Shown: in pieces, positions 24,130 to 36,789 of the stretch
Position numbering within the stretch: the stretch's first letter is position 1
Layout: each line of letters starts with the position of its first letter
NCBI RefSeq assembly: GCF_963921235.1
Contig: NC_086097.1
Location: forward strand, 224,752,001-224,816,000
Length of the DNA: 64,000 nt
Source of the DNA: Mobula hypostoma
Taxonomy: Eukaryota
Direction of reading: 5' to 3'
Made by a program: the position numbers and the translations under genes
Notes under the pieces: generated by a model
The model's database searches: none
What the model was told of the DNA's origin: nothing
The model's input: only the letters and a program-made list of their open reading frames with translations

Positions 24130-25262
24130 CTGAAGACTTGTGCTCCAGAACTTGCCATGCCATTTGCTAAGCTGTTCCAGTACAGCTACAACACTGGCAT
24201 CTACCCAGCAATGTGGAACATTGATACCTGACACAAAGGAAGATGGTTGTGATGGTTGGAGGTCAATCATCTCATCCCCAGGACGTCACTGCAGGAGTTC
24301 CTCGGGGAAGTGTCCTAGGACCAACCATCTTTAGCTGCTTCATCAATGACCCTCCTTCGGTCATAAGTTCAGAAGTGGGGACGTTCGCAGATGACTGCAC
24401 AATGTTCTGCACTATTCGTGACTCCTCAGATAGTGAAGCAGTTCCATACTCAGAGGCAGCAGGACCTGGACAATATCCAGGCTTGGGCTGACAAGTGGCA
24501 AGTAACTTTCGAGCCACACAAGTGCCAGGCAATGACCATCTCCAACAAGAGACGCTCTGACCATCGTCCCTTGACGTTCAGTGGCATCGCCATCACTGAA
24601 TCCCCTACTGTCAATATCCAGAGGGTTACCATTGACAGAAAACTGAACTGGTCTAGCTATATAAACACCGTGGCTACCAGAGCAGGTCAAGGGCTAGGAA
24701 TCCTGTGGTGTGTAGCTCACCTCCTGACTCCTCAACGCCTGTCCACCTTCTACAAGGCTCAGGTCAGGAGAGTAATGGAATACTTGCCACTCACCTGGAT
24801 GAGTGCAGCTCCATCAACACTCAAGAAGCTCGACACCATCCAGTACAAGGCACACCTACTTCATTGGTACCCCTTCCACAAGCGTTCAATCCCTCCACCA
24901 TCAATGAACAGTTGCAGCAGTCTGTACTATCCTACATGATGCACCGCAACGATACACCAAAGTTCCTGAGGCAGCACCTTCCAGACCCATGACCACTACC
25001 ATCTAGGAGGACGAGAACAGCAGATACCTGGGATCACCAGCACTTGGAAATCCCCCTCCAAGTCACTCACCATCCTGACTTGAAAACATATCACTGAGTC
25101 AAAATCATGGAATTCTCCTCTTAACAGCACTATGGGTGTACCTACATCTCAGGGACTGCAGTGGTTCAAGAATGCAGTTCATCACCACCTTCTCAAGGGC
25201 AACTAGGGATCGGCAATAAACACTGGTGATGCCCTCATCCCCTAAATGAATAAATAAAAAAA
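24130..25262 (+). mobile_element. CR1-group LINE (second family), RT and 3' UTR
   Basis: GVPRGSVLGPTIFSCFIND...FADDCT and QQDLDNIQAWADKWQVTF; ends AATGAATAAATAAAAAAA. Confidence 0.85.
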
Positions 25263-26569
25263 ATCATTGGCTGTCCACTTGAAGTTTTGATTGACTTTAA
25301 CACCTCTATTGTGAATGATGATTGATCTTGCAAGTAAGGAATTCAAACATATACAATTTATATACAATGATCAACATCTGTAACTGTTAAGTCATTTCTA
25401 TATAAAATAGCAGTTTTCAATTCAGACTTCAGAACAGTGTGGGTACAGGGGCCATGTTGCTCTCCTTGTGCACAGGTAAAATTAAATGCATGCTTGTGTT
25501 ATAAGAGTGCGTGTGTTCTGGGTCCCATTATTTTAGTTATTTTATTTTATATCAGCAATGACAGTTAAGGCTGGAAGTTATACTGAAGGGATGATATGAT
25601 TTTCTCCAGAGGCTGTGAACCTCAAACCCTCATTCCTATCATACCTCCACCAATATGTAATATAATCCCAATTGACTTCCTCCATGATCTCCACCATTGT
25701 GAGTGAAAAAACATTAAGTAAGTTTTCTTGGACAAACTGTAATTTCCTCTACAAGAAGCGTTGGGCCACATTTGCAGCAGGGTACCACACTTGAGAGCCT
25801 CATATGAAACTGGCATGGAACAGCCAACTTTACCAGGTTAATGTAAGGTCTTATCGATGTTCTAAGTCCCAGATTGCTATATTTGGATTGGTTAGTCTGG
25901 AATTCTCATTTGAACATTACTGATGTTTTTAAAACATCCTTATCAGAAAAATATGAAAAAAAGTTTGTTAATTGATTAGGATTAAGCAGCAAAATCACAT
26001 GGGATTTCCATGATCTTGGGGTACAAAGAATGTTGCCCCACATTTTTTTTACCATAGCAAGTAGAATATCTGTCTACTGACAATTCATCACAAGTGAAAG
26101 GTAGCATTAAAACCATTATGATTTTTAATTCCAAAAGCATATTTGGTTGTTTTTATATGGGTATATTTGAAATGGGGAAATGAATTTTACAAAAACTGCA
26201 ATATTGATTTCCTACGGTTTTATTAAATTCCTTGCTTTCATTGTCCTCTTTTTGAAATAGTCCCAAACTAAACTGTGAATTCAACAAAAAGTAATGAAAT
26301 ATTAAAATATCGATCATTGCCATCAAAAATAAAATTACCCCAGGCATTGTTTAATTTCTCAACATCTGAACAACCAAACTAATCTTAGAGTTGTACAGTA
26401 TAGAAAGTGGCCCTTCAGCACATTGGTTCTGTGCTAATCATCAACCACTCATTAATCCTATATTAATCCAATTTATTATTCTCCCCGCATTCCCAACAAC
26501 TCTCATCACCCCACCCTCCCTCCACTTCACACTCACCTTGATAGTTAAAGTTTTATTAATACTGAGCCT

Positions 26570-29500
26570 TGAATATCTCTCAGTAAGGTTAACTTGGAGG
26601 ATTGGAGCAGAGGGCAGGGATTCCGATTTCTGGATCATTGGGACCCTTTTTGGGGCAGGTGTGACCTATACAAAAAGGACGGGTGGCACTTGAATCCCGG
26701 GGGACCAACATCCTGGCGGGGAGGTTTGCTAAGCCTACTGGGGAGAGTTTAAACTAGAATTGTTGAGGGGGTGGGAACCGAACTGAAGAGACTGGGGAAG
26801 AGTTTAAACTAGAATTGTTCAGGTGGTGGGAACCGAACTGAAGAGACTGGAGAAGAGGTGGTTGGCTCACAAGTAGAGAAAGCTTGGAGACAGTGTGTGA
26901 GGGAGGATAGGCAGGTGATAGAGAAGGGATGCACTCAGACCGACAGTTTGAGATGTGTCTATTTTAATGCAAGGAGTATTGTGAACAAAGCGAATGAGCT
27001 TAGAGCGTGGATCAGTACTTGGATCTATGATGTGGTGGCCATTACAGAGACTTGGATGGCTCAGAACAGGAATGGTTACTCCAAGTGCTAGGGTTTAGAT
27101 GTTTCAGAAAGGACAGAGAGGGAGGCAAAAGAGGTGGGGGTGTGGCACTGTTGATCAGAGATAGTGTCACGGTTGCAGAAAAGGTGGATGTCATGGAGGG
27201 ATTGTCTACAGAGTCTCTGGATGGAGGTTAGGAATGGTAAGGGGTCAATAATTTTACTGTGTGTTTTTCATAGGCCGCCCAATAGTAACAGGGATATCAT
27301 GGAGCAGATAGGGAAACAGATCCTGGAAAGGTGTAATAATAACAGAGTTGTCGTGATGGGAGATTTTAATTTCCCAAATATGATTGGATTCTCCCTAGAA
27401 CAAGGGGTTTAGATGGGGTGGAGTTTGTCAGGTGTGTTCAGGAAGGTTTTTTGACACAATATGTAGATAAGCCTACAAGAGGAGAGACTGTAATTGATTT
27501 GGTATTGGGAAATGAACCTAGTCAGTTGTCAAATCTCTCAGTGAGAGAGCATTTTGGAGATAGTGATCATAATTCTATCTCCTTTACAATAGCATTGGAG
27601 AGAGATAGGAACAGACAAGTTAGAAAAGCGTTTAATTGGAGTAAGGGGAATTATGAGGCAATCAGGCAGGAAATTGGAAGCTTAAATTGGGAACAGATGC
27701 TCTCAGGGAAGGGTATGGTAGAAATGTGGCAAATGTTCAGGGGATATTTGTGTGGAGTTCTGCATAGGTATGTTCCAATGAGACAGGGAAGTTATGGTAG
27801 GGTACACGAACCGTGGTGTACAAAGGCTGTAATTAATCTAATCAAGAAGAAAAGGAAAGCTTATAAAAGGTTCAGAGAGCTAGGTAATGTTAGAGATCTT
27901 GAAGATTATATGGCTAATAGGAAGGAGCTTAAAAAGGAAATTAGGAGAGCCAGAATGGGCCATGAGAAGGCCTTGGCGGGCAGGATTAAGGAAAACCCCA
28001 AGTCATTCTACAAGTATGTGAAGAACAAGAAGATAAGATGTGGAAAAATAGGACCTATCAAGTGTGACAGTGGGAAAGTCTGTATGGAACCAGAGGAAAT
28101 AGCAGAGGTACTTAATGAATACTTTACTTCAGTATTCACTATGGAAATGGATCTTGGTGATTGTAGTGATGACTTGCAGCAGACTGAAAAGCTTGAGCAT
28201 GTAGATATTAAGAAAGAGGATGTGCTGGAGCTATTGGAAAGCATCAAGTTGGATAAGTCGCCAGGACCGGATGAGATGTACCCCAGGCGAGGAAGAAGAT
28301 TGCTGAGCCTCTGGTGATGATCTTTGAATCATCAATGGGGATGGGAGACATTCTGGAGGATTGGAGGGTTGTGGATGTTGTTCCTTTATTCAAGAATGGG
28401 AGTAGAGACAGCCCAGGAAATTATAGACCAGTGAGTTTTACTTCAGTGATTGGTAAGTTGATGTAGAAGATCCTGAGAGGAAGGATTTATGAACATTTGG
28501 AGAGATATAATATGATTAGGAATAGTCAGCATGGCTTTGTCAAGGGCAGGTAGTGGCTTACGAGCCTGATTGAATTTTTTGAGAATGTGACTAAACACAT
28601 TGATGAAGGTAGAGCGGTAGATGTAGTGTATATGGATTTAGCAAGGCATTTGATAAGGTACCCCATGCAAGACTAATTGAGAAATTAAGGAGGCATGGGA
28701 CCCAAGGGGACATTGCTTTGCAGATCCCGATCTGGCTTGCCCATAGTAAGCAAAGAGGGGTTGTAGACGGGTCATATTCTACATGGAGTTCGGTCACCAG
28801 TGGGGTGCCTCAGGGATCTGTTCTGAGACCCTTATTCTTTGTGATTTTTATAAATGACCTGGATGAGGAAGTGGAGGATGGGTTAGTAAGTTTGCTGGTG
28901 ACACAAAGGTTGGAGGTGTTGTGGATAGTGTGGAGGGCTGTCAGAGATTACAGCGGGACATTGATAGGATGCAAAACTGGGCTGAGAAGTGGCAGATGGA
29001 GCTCAACCCGGATAAGTGTGAAGTGGTTCATTCTGGTTGGTCAAATATGATGGCAGAATATAATATTAATGGTAAGACTCTTGGCAGTGTGGAGGATCAC
29101 AGGGATCTTGGGGTCCGAGTCCATACGACGCTCAAAGCAGCTGCGCAGGTTGACTCTGTGGTTAAGAAGGCATACAGTGTATTGGCCTTCATTAACTGTG
29201 GAATTGAATTTAGGAGCCGAGAGGTAATGTTGCAGCTATATAGGACCCTGGTAAGACCCCACTTTGAGTACTGTGCTCAGTTCTGGTTGCCTCACTACAA
29301 GAAGGATGTGGAAGCCATAGAAAGGGTGCAGAGGAGATTTACAAGGATGTTGCCTGGATTGGGGAGCATGCCTCATGAAATCAGGTTGAGTGAACTCGGC
29401 CTTTTCTCCTTGGAGCGACGGAGGATGAGAGGTGACCTCATAGAGTTGTATAAGATGATGAGAAGCATTGATTGTGTGGATAGTCAGAGACTTTTTCCCG

Positions 29501-29788
29501 GTGCTGAAATGGTTGCCACAAGAGGACACAGGTTTAAGATGCTGGGGAGGTGTCAGGGGTAAATTGTTTACGCAGTGAGTAGTGAGTGCATGGAATGGGC
29601 TGCCGGCAACGGTGGTGGAGGTGGATATGATAGGGTCTTTTAAGAGACTTTTGGATAGGTACATGGAGCTTAGAAAAATAGAGGGCTATGGGTAAGCCTA
29701 GTAACTTCTAAGTTAGGGATATGTTCGGCACAACTTTGTGGGCCAAAGGGCCTGTAGGGTGCTGTCAGTTTTCTATGTTTCTATGTTT
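26570..29788 (+). mobile_element. CR1 LINE with ORF1 3' end and whole, disrupted ORF2 (APE + RT)
   Basis: YFNARSIVNK, AITETW, MGDFNFP, SDHNSI (APE); GVPQGSVL (RT); (TTTCTATG)n tail. Several frameshifts and stops; ~56-bp tandem duplication at ~26740-26858. Confidence 0.95.
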
Positions 29789-30989
29789 CATAGAAGAAGG
29801 GCACATTCAGACTTTCAAATCGATCCTCTTGTTTTATTATTTATAATTTGGGATCTGAGACAACCCTGGTCAGATCAGTTTGCTTGGCCAGTTCAGAGGA
29901 TATTTAAGAGTCAACCACATTGGTTTAAACAGCAATTGTCAAACTGAACTCGCTTCACTCTAAGCATATGTACACCACATGTTAAAGTCCTTAAAATAAA
30001 CAATGGTTCGAGTCAGTAGCTGGAACTTGAAATACAATGCATGCCTTGAAAATAACGATAGGCACATTAAATATCTTACCAGGAAGCAAGACTGTAGCTG
30101 TGCCAACAGAAACATAAGACAACAATATAGGTAGTCATTACTATTATCTTGTCAGCTGAAAATAAGGGTTGGAACTTGGAATAAAGCGGAGGCCAGCTAT
30201 GCTTGTCATTGTAAGGAGGGAAATCTGTCAGCTAGCATAATGCTTAACATCCTGGGGCTTAAAATCTGATACATGTGTTGAGTTTCATTCTGATAAGCAT
30301 TTCAAAGTCTAAAGCTCTTACAAATAAAAAATGGTAATTACTGATTTTTAAAATTTGTTTACAGTCATCCATTTCTGAATCTCATGCAGAGGTCCCAGCA
30401 TCTGGTTTGCTCTTTTTAAAGTGTTCAAGAGTTTAGTTGCTTTTTTATTTCTTGTTTGGTGTATGCAGGAGTCTTTAACTTGATTGGATGCCCATCTACC
30501 TCAATGACATTATATTAACATGACATCAGATATCGGGGCTCCCCCAGACCTAATGCTTATTTGGAGGTTGCTTGCCTTTTGCAGGCAGATTTCTTTGTAG
30601 CCAGTAGTGAGCACCATTGCTTTCCAAATGTAATATCGACATCTTATATTCTGACCTAACTTCTTCCTTCCATCTAATGGAGTTGATTTAACATTTGGCA
30701 ACCATTTCATTTTTTTAACGTCTAAACAGAATGGTGGTGAGATAGTCTTGTTTAATATCACTAACATGATGCTGAGGGACTTCCTGCACTGGAGGAGACA
30801 GCTGTCTGGAGCCAGAACACTTTGACTAAGGCTCATCAACTAATACATATTATCTGCCCAAAGAATAATTTTCAAATTAACTTATAATGCAACATCATCT
30901 ACTTCAGAGATACTTGGATTATGCTCCTGATGGACAAGACCTGCTGGTCTGGAAGTTTTTAGGCGCATTGTGTAAAGGTAGGGAGAATT

Positions 30990-33900
30990 TAAAAGAAGCG
31001 AGCGGGGGCAGCCAATATGTTTTGAGTGCTAGAGTTCCTGAGGAGACACTAGATCGTGTAGAGGGAAAGGGAGTTTAAAAAAAGTGAGCAGGGACAGTCG
31101 ACGCATTTTGTATGCCGCAATTCCTGAGGAAACGTTGGATTGTAAATAATTAGGCACTTGGCAAGACCCAATAAAAAGAAGTTAGGTGAAAGTGGATCAT
31201 CTATTACGGGAGTGGCTATGTGAGAGTGGGCCAGTGTTAGACTGGGGAGTTGGGGCTTTGGCTCATTGAAGCTTTGGAGAGGAGGGTCGTAGGCCGTAGG
31301 TAGATTATTTTTGTTATTTACCTTTCTTTCTTCCTTATTGCACATTTAGAGCAGTGGGAATGCCAGGCAGGATAGTAGAATGCTCCTCTTGCAGGATTTT
31401 GGAAGACAGGGAGGATGCCAATGTCCCGGGTGACTACACCTGCAAGAAGTGCATCCAGCTGCAGCTTCTAACAGACTGTGTTAAGCGGTTGGAGCTGGAA
31501 CTGAATGGACTCTGGGTCATCTGGGAGACTGAGAGATTGATAGTACATGCAGGAAAGCAGTTACACCCAAGGTACAGGACACAGATAACTGGATGATCAT
31601 CAGGATGGGTTAAGGGGCTAGGCAGAGAGTGCAGAGTAGCTCTGTAGCCTTTCCCCTCAACAACAGGTATGCAGCTTTGGATACTGTTGGGGGTGGGGGG
31701 AGGGGGATGACCTAGCAGAGGAAAATCGCAGTGGTCAGGTCTCTGATACTGAGTCTGGCTCTGTGACTCAGAAAGGAAGGGGGTGGGGAGAAGAGACAAG
31801 CTGTAGTGACAGGGGTTTAATTGCTTTGGGGAACAGAAGGATTTTCCGTGGATAAGAATGATATTCCCAGATTTTAAGTTCCCTGCTGGATGCAAGTCTA
31901 CAACATTCCTAAGCGGGAGGGTGAGCAGCCAGAGGTCATGGTCCATGTTGATACTAAATGACTTGGGTAGGAGGGGCTGACAAGGTTCTTCAAAGTGAGT
32001 TCAGGGCGTTCGGTGCTAAGGTAAAGGACAAGACTCCAGGCTTGTAATCTCAGGATTACAAATGAGCCATTAGTGAGGCTTGGTTGCAGGAGGGGCTGGG
32101 CTGGCAGCTCAGTGTTCCAGGGTTCACTAACTAAGGGAGGGGGGTAGCATTACTAGTCAGGGAAAATGTCACCGCAGTGCTCAGTCAGGGCAGGCTGGAA
32201 AGCTCGTCTAGTGAGGTTGTATGGGTGGAAGTGAGGAATAAGAAAGGTATGACCACGTTATTGAGATTATATAATAGAACATACCACAGTCTTCAGGATT
32301 TAGAGGAGCAAATTTGGAGAGAGATCATAAAGTTATAATAGTAGGTGATTTTAACTTTCTACATATTGACTGGGGTTTGATGGGAATAAGTTTTTCAAAT
32401 GTGTTCAGGAAAGTTTCCTTAATCAGTACATGAAAGTCACTACTGAAGAAAATATGATACTAGATCTCCTAATAGAGAATGAGATAGGGCGGGTGACAGA
32501 AGCTTGTGTAGGGGAACACTTTGCATATAGTGATCATAATGCCATCATTTTCAAGGTAAACATGGAAAACGATAGGTCTGGTCTTCGGGTTGAGATTCTA
32601 AATTGGAAAAAGGCCAATTTTGATGGTATCAGAAAGGATCTGGCAAGTGTGGATTCGGACAGGCTGTTTTCTGGCAAAGGTGTACTTGGTGTGTGGGAGG
32701 CCTTCAAAGGTGGAATTTTGAGAGTACAGCATTTGAACAGTATGTTCCTTTCAGAATAAAAGGTAAGGATAATAGATATTGTGAACTAGGGGACATTGCC
32801 TCAAGATTCAGGGGAGAAGATTTAGGGTGGAGATGAGGAGAAACTGTTTTTCTCAGAGAGTGGTGAATCTGTAGAATTCTCTGCCCAAGGAAGCAGTTGA
32901 GGCTTCTTCACTAAATATATTTAATATACAGTTAGATAGGTTTTTATATAATAAGGGAATTATAGGTTATGGGGAAAAGGCAGGTAGATGGAGCTGGGTT
33001 TATGGACAGATCAGCCATGATCTTATTGAATGGCGGGGCAGGCTTGATGGGCCGGATGGCCTACTCCTGCTCCTATTTCTTATGTTCTTATGAACCTTGA
33101 TTTTTGAGAGATATTGAGGCCCTGGTTAAGAAAAAGGAGGTGCATAGCAGCTTTTGGCAAGTAGGAACAAATGAGGTACTTGAGGAGTATAAGAAATTCA
33201 AGAGAACATGTAAGAAGAAAATCAGGAGGGCTAAAATAAGCATGAGGCTGCTCCAGCAGACACAGTGAAGGAGAATTGGTCGTATGGAAGATCAGAATGA
33301 TAATCTATGCATGATAGAGTTGGGGGGGGGATTCTTAAATGGACCTTTTGCATCTCTATTTACTCTGGAGAAGGCCACAGAATTTATAGAGGTAAGACCA
33401 AGCAGCAGTGAGATCATTGGCCCTGTACAGATTCCAGAGGAGGAGGTGTTTGCTATCTTGAGGCAAATTAGGGTGGATAAGTCCCTAGGGCCTGACAAGG
33501 TGTTCCTTCAGACCCTGTGGGTGGCTAGTGCAAAATTTGCAGGGACTCTAGCTGAGATACTTAAAACATTCTTACCCTTGGGTGAGGATAGCTAATGTTG
33601 ATTTAGAAAGACTCTAAGAATAAGCCAGAAAATTACAGGCCAGTGAACCTGACATCAGCAGTGGGGACATTATTGGAAGGCATTTTAAGGGACTGAATAT
33701 ATAAGTGTTTAGATAGACAGGGACTGATTAGGGATAGTCAACATGGCTTTGTACATGGTAGGTCATGTCTCACCAATGTTATGGAGTTTTTTTGAGTAAG
33801 TTGGCAGGAAAGATACAGGCAAGGCAAGGATGTTGTCTTCATGGACAAGGTCCCGCATGGGAGGTTGGTCAAGAAGGTTTAGTCGCTTGGCATTCAAGAT

Positions 33901-34385
33901 GAGGTACTGAACTGGATTAGACATTTGCTCTGTGGGAGAAGCCAGAGGGTGGTAGTAGATGGTTGCTTCTCTGACCTGAAGGTCTATGATTAGTGGTGTC
34001 ACACGGATCAGTGCTGGGTCCATTGTTGTTTTTCATCTCTACCAACAATCTGTATGAAATTGTGGTAAACTGGATTGGCAAATATGTAGAAAACACCAAG
34101 ATTGGGGCTGTAGTGAACAGTGAAGAAAACTATCAAAGCTTGCAGTGGGATCTGGGCCATCAGGAAAAAAAATGGGCTGAATAATGGCAGATAGAATTTA
34201 ATGCAGACAAAGTGAGGTGTTGCACTTTGGGAGGACCAAGTAGGCTAGGTCTCACATGGTGAGTGTAGAGCACTGAGGAGTGCGGTAGAACAGAGGCACC
34301 AAGGAACTCAGATACATAAATCCGTGAAAGTGGCATCACAGATAGAGAGGGTCATAAAGAATGGTTTTAGCATATTGGCTTCATG
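30990..34385 (+). mobile_element. Decayed CR1 LINE with 5' UTR, ORF1 and ORF2
   Basis: ORF1 N-terminal CxxC...CxxC plus zipper (VECSSCRI...YTCKKCIQLQLLTDCVKRLELEL); APE SDHNAI; RT GSVLGPLLF; truncated at the 3' end. Confidence 0.9.
32780..33092 (+). mobile_element. Nested CR1 3' end
   Basis: FSQRVVNL...LP C-terminus, GGCCGGATGGCCTACTCCTGCTCC and TCTTATGTTCTTATG tail lying inside the host ORF2. Confidence 0.85.
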
Positions 34386-34992
34386 ATCTCACTGCTGGTG
34401 CTGTAAAACATTGTGCAAAAATGCCAAAGACTGGGAAGAGTCAGGAGGATGATTGTGAGCCTCGCTGACTACATGATGCTTTGCTTTACTTCATTGACTA
34501 TATTGTCATTCAAATTCATTTGCACGGTTTACACACAGAGTTCTAAGCAACAGATCTCAAAGCCATCTCCTTCTTAAAACAGTGTTCTTGGCAGTTTACC
34601 CCCAACCTCTGCTGCATGCCACCAACAAGGAAGCTCTGACTCAGTTTATAACTGAAGAGAAGACAGAAAATGCTCAGCAGGTCAGGCAGCAACCTGAAAT
34701 TTGAAGAATAGAAATGTGTTAATGTTTCATGTCAATTACCTTTCACCAGAACTGAAGGACATTGCCTTTCACTTTTATTTTCTCTAAAAAGCTGGGCTCT
34801 AAATCTGCATCCACAAATTTTAGCACCAGGATGCCAGTTATCTTAGCACCACGGGCACTAACTTACTCCTGGTTTGTTGCATGTTTCACAATTCCACAAA
34901 TGTAGCGGGACGTGTAGAGTCTGCCATCATTGCATGTTAGCATATGTAAGGGTCCCTTTTACCAGGGACAGACAGAGGATATAGATCATGAG

Positions 34993-35306
34993 CAATGTTC
35001 CCTCTAATCTGTAATGACCAGTATGCGCAAAAATCTTGTGCTGTGCAATTTTTTGCCCCCTGACAACAGCACGTGTGCACTGAATAATTTCTGCAAGAAA
35101 AACAATATAAACAAACCAGTTCTAGAATCTGAAAACAAATCATTGCAAGCTCCACATTGTCAACACTGTGTGCATCAGAAACCAGAAAATGAAATGCGAT
35201 TGTGTGTGATCGTGAAATGTATTCAACATGCCAATGAGGTAGAGGGTGACAACATTTTGTGTGCAGTTTAAATGATGTGTGTGAGTGCACTTTAGAGGGA
35301 ATATTG
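34993..35306. mobile_element. hAT-type MITE
   Basis: TIRs CAATGTTCCCTCTAA / TTAGAGGGAATATTG; 8-bp TSD ATCATGAG / GTCATGAC (6/8). Confidence 0.8.
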
Positions 35307-35807
35307 GTCATGACATCTGCAAGGTAGCCATGTCAAACTAAGTCTGAATGATGCAGTTAGCACCTTGTGTACAATCTGCACAGATTTTGAGAAGATCTCC
35401 TCAAGCACCACTTTCAATCCTACCAACTTCATTGAATCTTCCCTCCCCCGAATCCCACTCCTAAACCTTAACCAACCACCTGCCTACTCCCACCACCGTC
35501 CTTTAACCCCCATCAAAACCTTCAGCAACCTGCACCATCCCCCAATCTCCATCAGTCCTAATCAACCCTTTACCCTCATCGTCCCCCTCAGTTTTGGTCT
35601 CCACCATCGCACCACCACTTGTGTCTGTTTGAGGCATCCTCTACTAAGTGTTGTTCTGTTGGGGACAGGCGTGGGGAGTGCAACTAAGAGAAGATGAAGC
35701 AATGTGGTATTTCTCAAATCTGGTGGTTTTGGTTGGCCAACTGTGCAGAAGCAACAGGCAACTTTGTTTGACTTTTAGCTTTGGTCTCAATCACAGCAAT
35801 TCTGCAG

Positions 35808-36425
35808 TTAGATTAGATTAGATTATGAGGACACGTAGTCCTCTTTTATTGTCATTTAGTAATGCATGCATTAAGAAATGATACAATATTCCTCCGGTGT
35901 GATATCACAAAACACAGGACAGACCAAGACTGAAAAACTAACAAAACCACATAATTATAACATATAGTTACAACAGTGCAACAATACCATAACTTGATGA
36001 AGAACAGTCCATGGCACAGTAAAAAAGTTCAAAGTTTCTCGAAAGTCCCACATCTCACACAGACAGGAGAAGGAAGAAAACTCTCCCTGCCATGCCCGAC
36101 CACAGTCCGACTCTGAGTCGTCCGAAAACTTCGAGCTCTGATCAGCCCTCCAACACCGAGTACCGAGCACCATCTCTATCTGAACATTTCGACCTCAGCC
36201 TCGGTCGCCAGCAGTAGGCAAAGCCGGGGATTTTGGGGCCTACCCTCCGGAGATTCTCGATTGCACAGTAGCAGCGGCAGCGAAGCGGGCATTTCAGAAA
36301 TTTCTCCAGATGTTCCTCTGTGCTTTCACGTCTGTCTCCATCAAATCAGAATTGCCCACAACCCCTATTTAACAGATACGATATTATTTCACTGGAGAGC
36401 TGTGCACGCTGCCATCTTCTCCTCC
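35808..36425 (-). mobile_element. Non-autonomous LINE-like element, copy 1
   Basis: AAGATGGC 5' end and (AATCT)n tail; aligns end to end with 62421-63093. Confidence 0.8.
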
Positions 36426-36789
36426 ATTAGAATGATATCTTAAGAAAGCAAGAAAAGAGCAAGCTCCTGAAGGAAGAGGAGTTATGGAGGAGGGAGAGGG
36501 GTCTGTGGGTTGATGTTGTCAGAATCAAAATCAGATTTTTTATCACCGGCATGTGACATGAAATTTGTTAACTTAGCAGCAGCAGTTCAATGTAATACAT
36601 AATATAGAAGAAGAGGAAAAAATAATACTAAACAAATAAGTAAATCAATTACAGTGTATGTATATTGAATAGATTAAAAATTGTGTAAAAACAGAAATAA
36701 TATATATTAAAAAAATGAGTTAGTGTTCACGGGTTCAATGTCAATATAGCAATTGGCTGAGCTATTGTTGAAGAACAGAATGCTCACCG

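Noticed and set aside
30075..30105. Possible 18-nt minus-strand microexon (CAG|CTACAGTCTTGCTTCCTG|GTAAGA)
   Set aside because: No partner exons and expected by chance; would need RNA-seq
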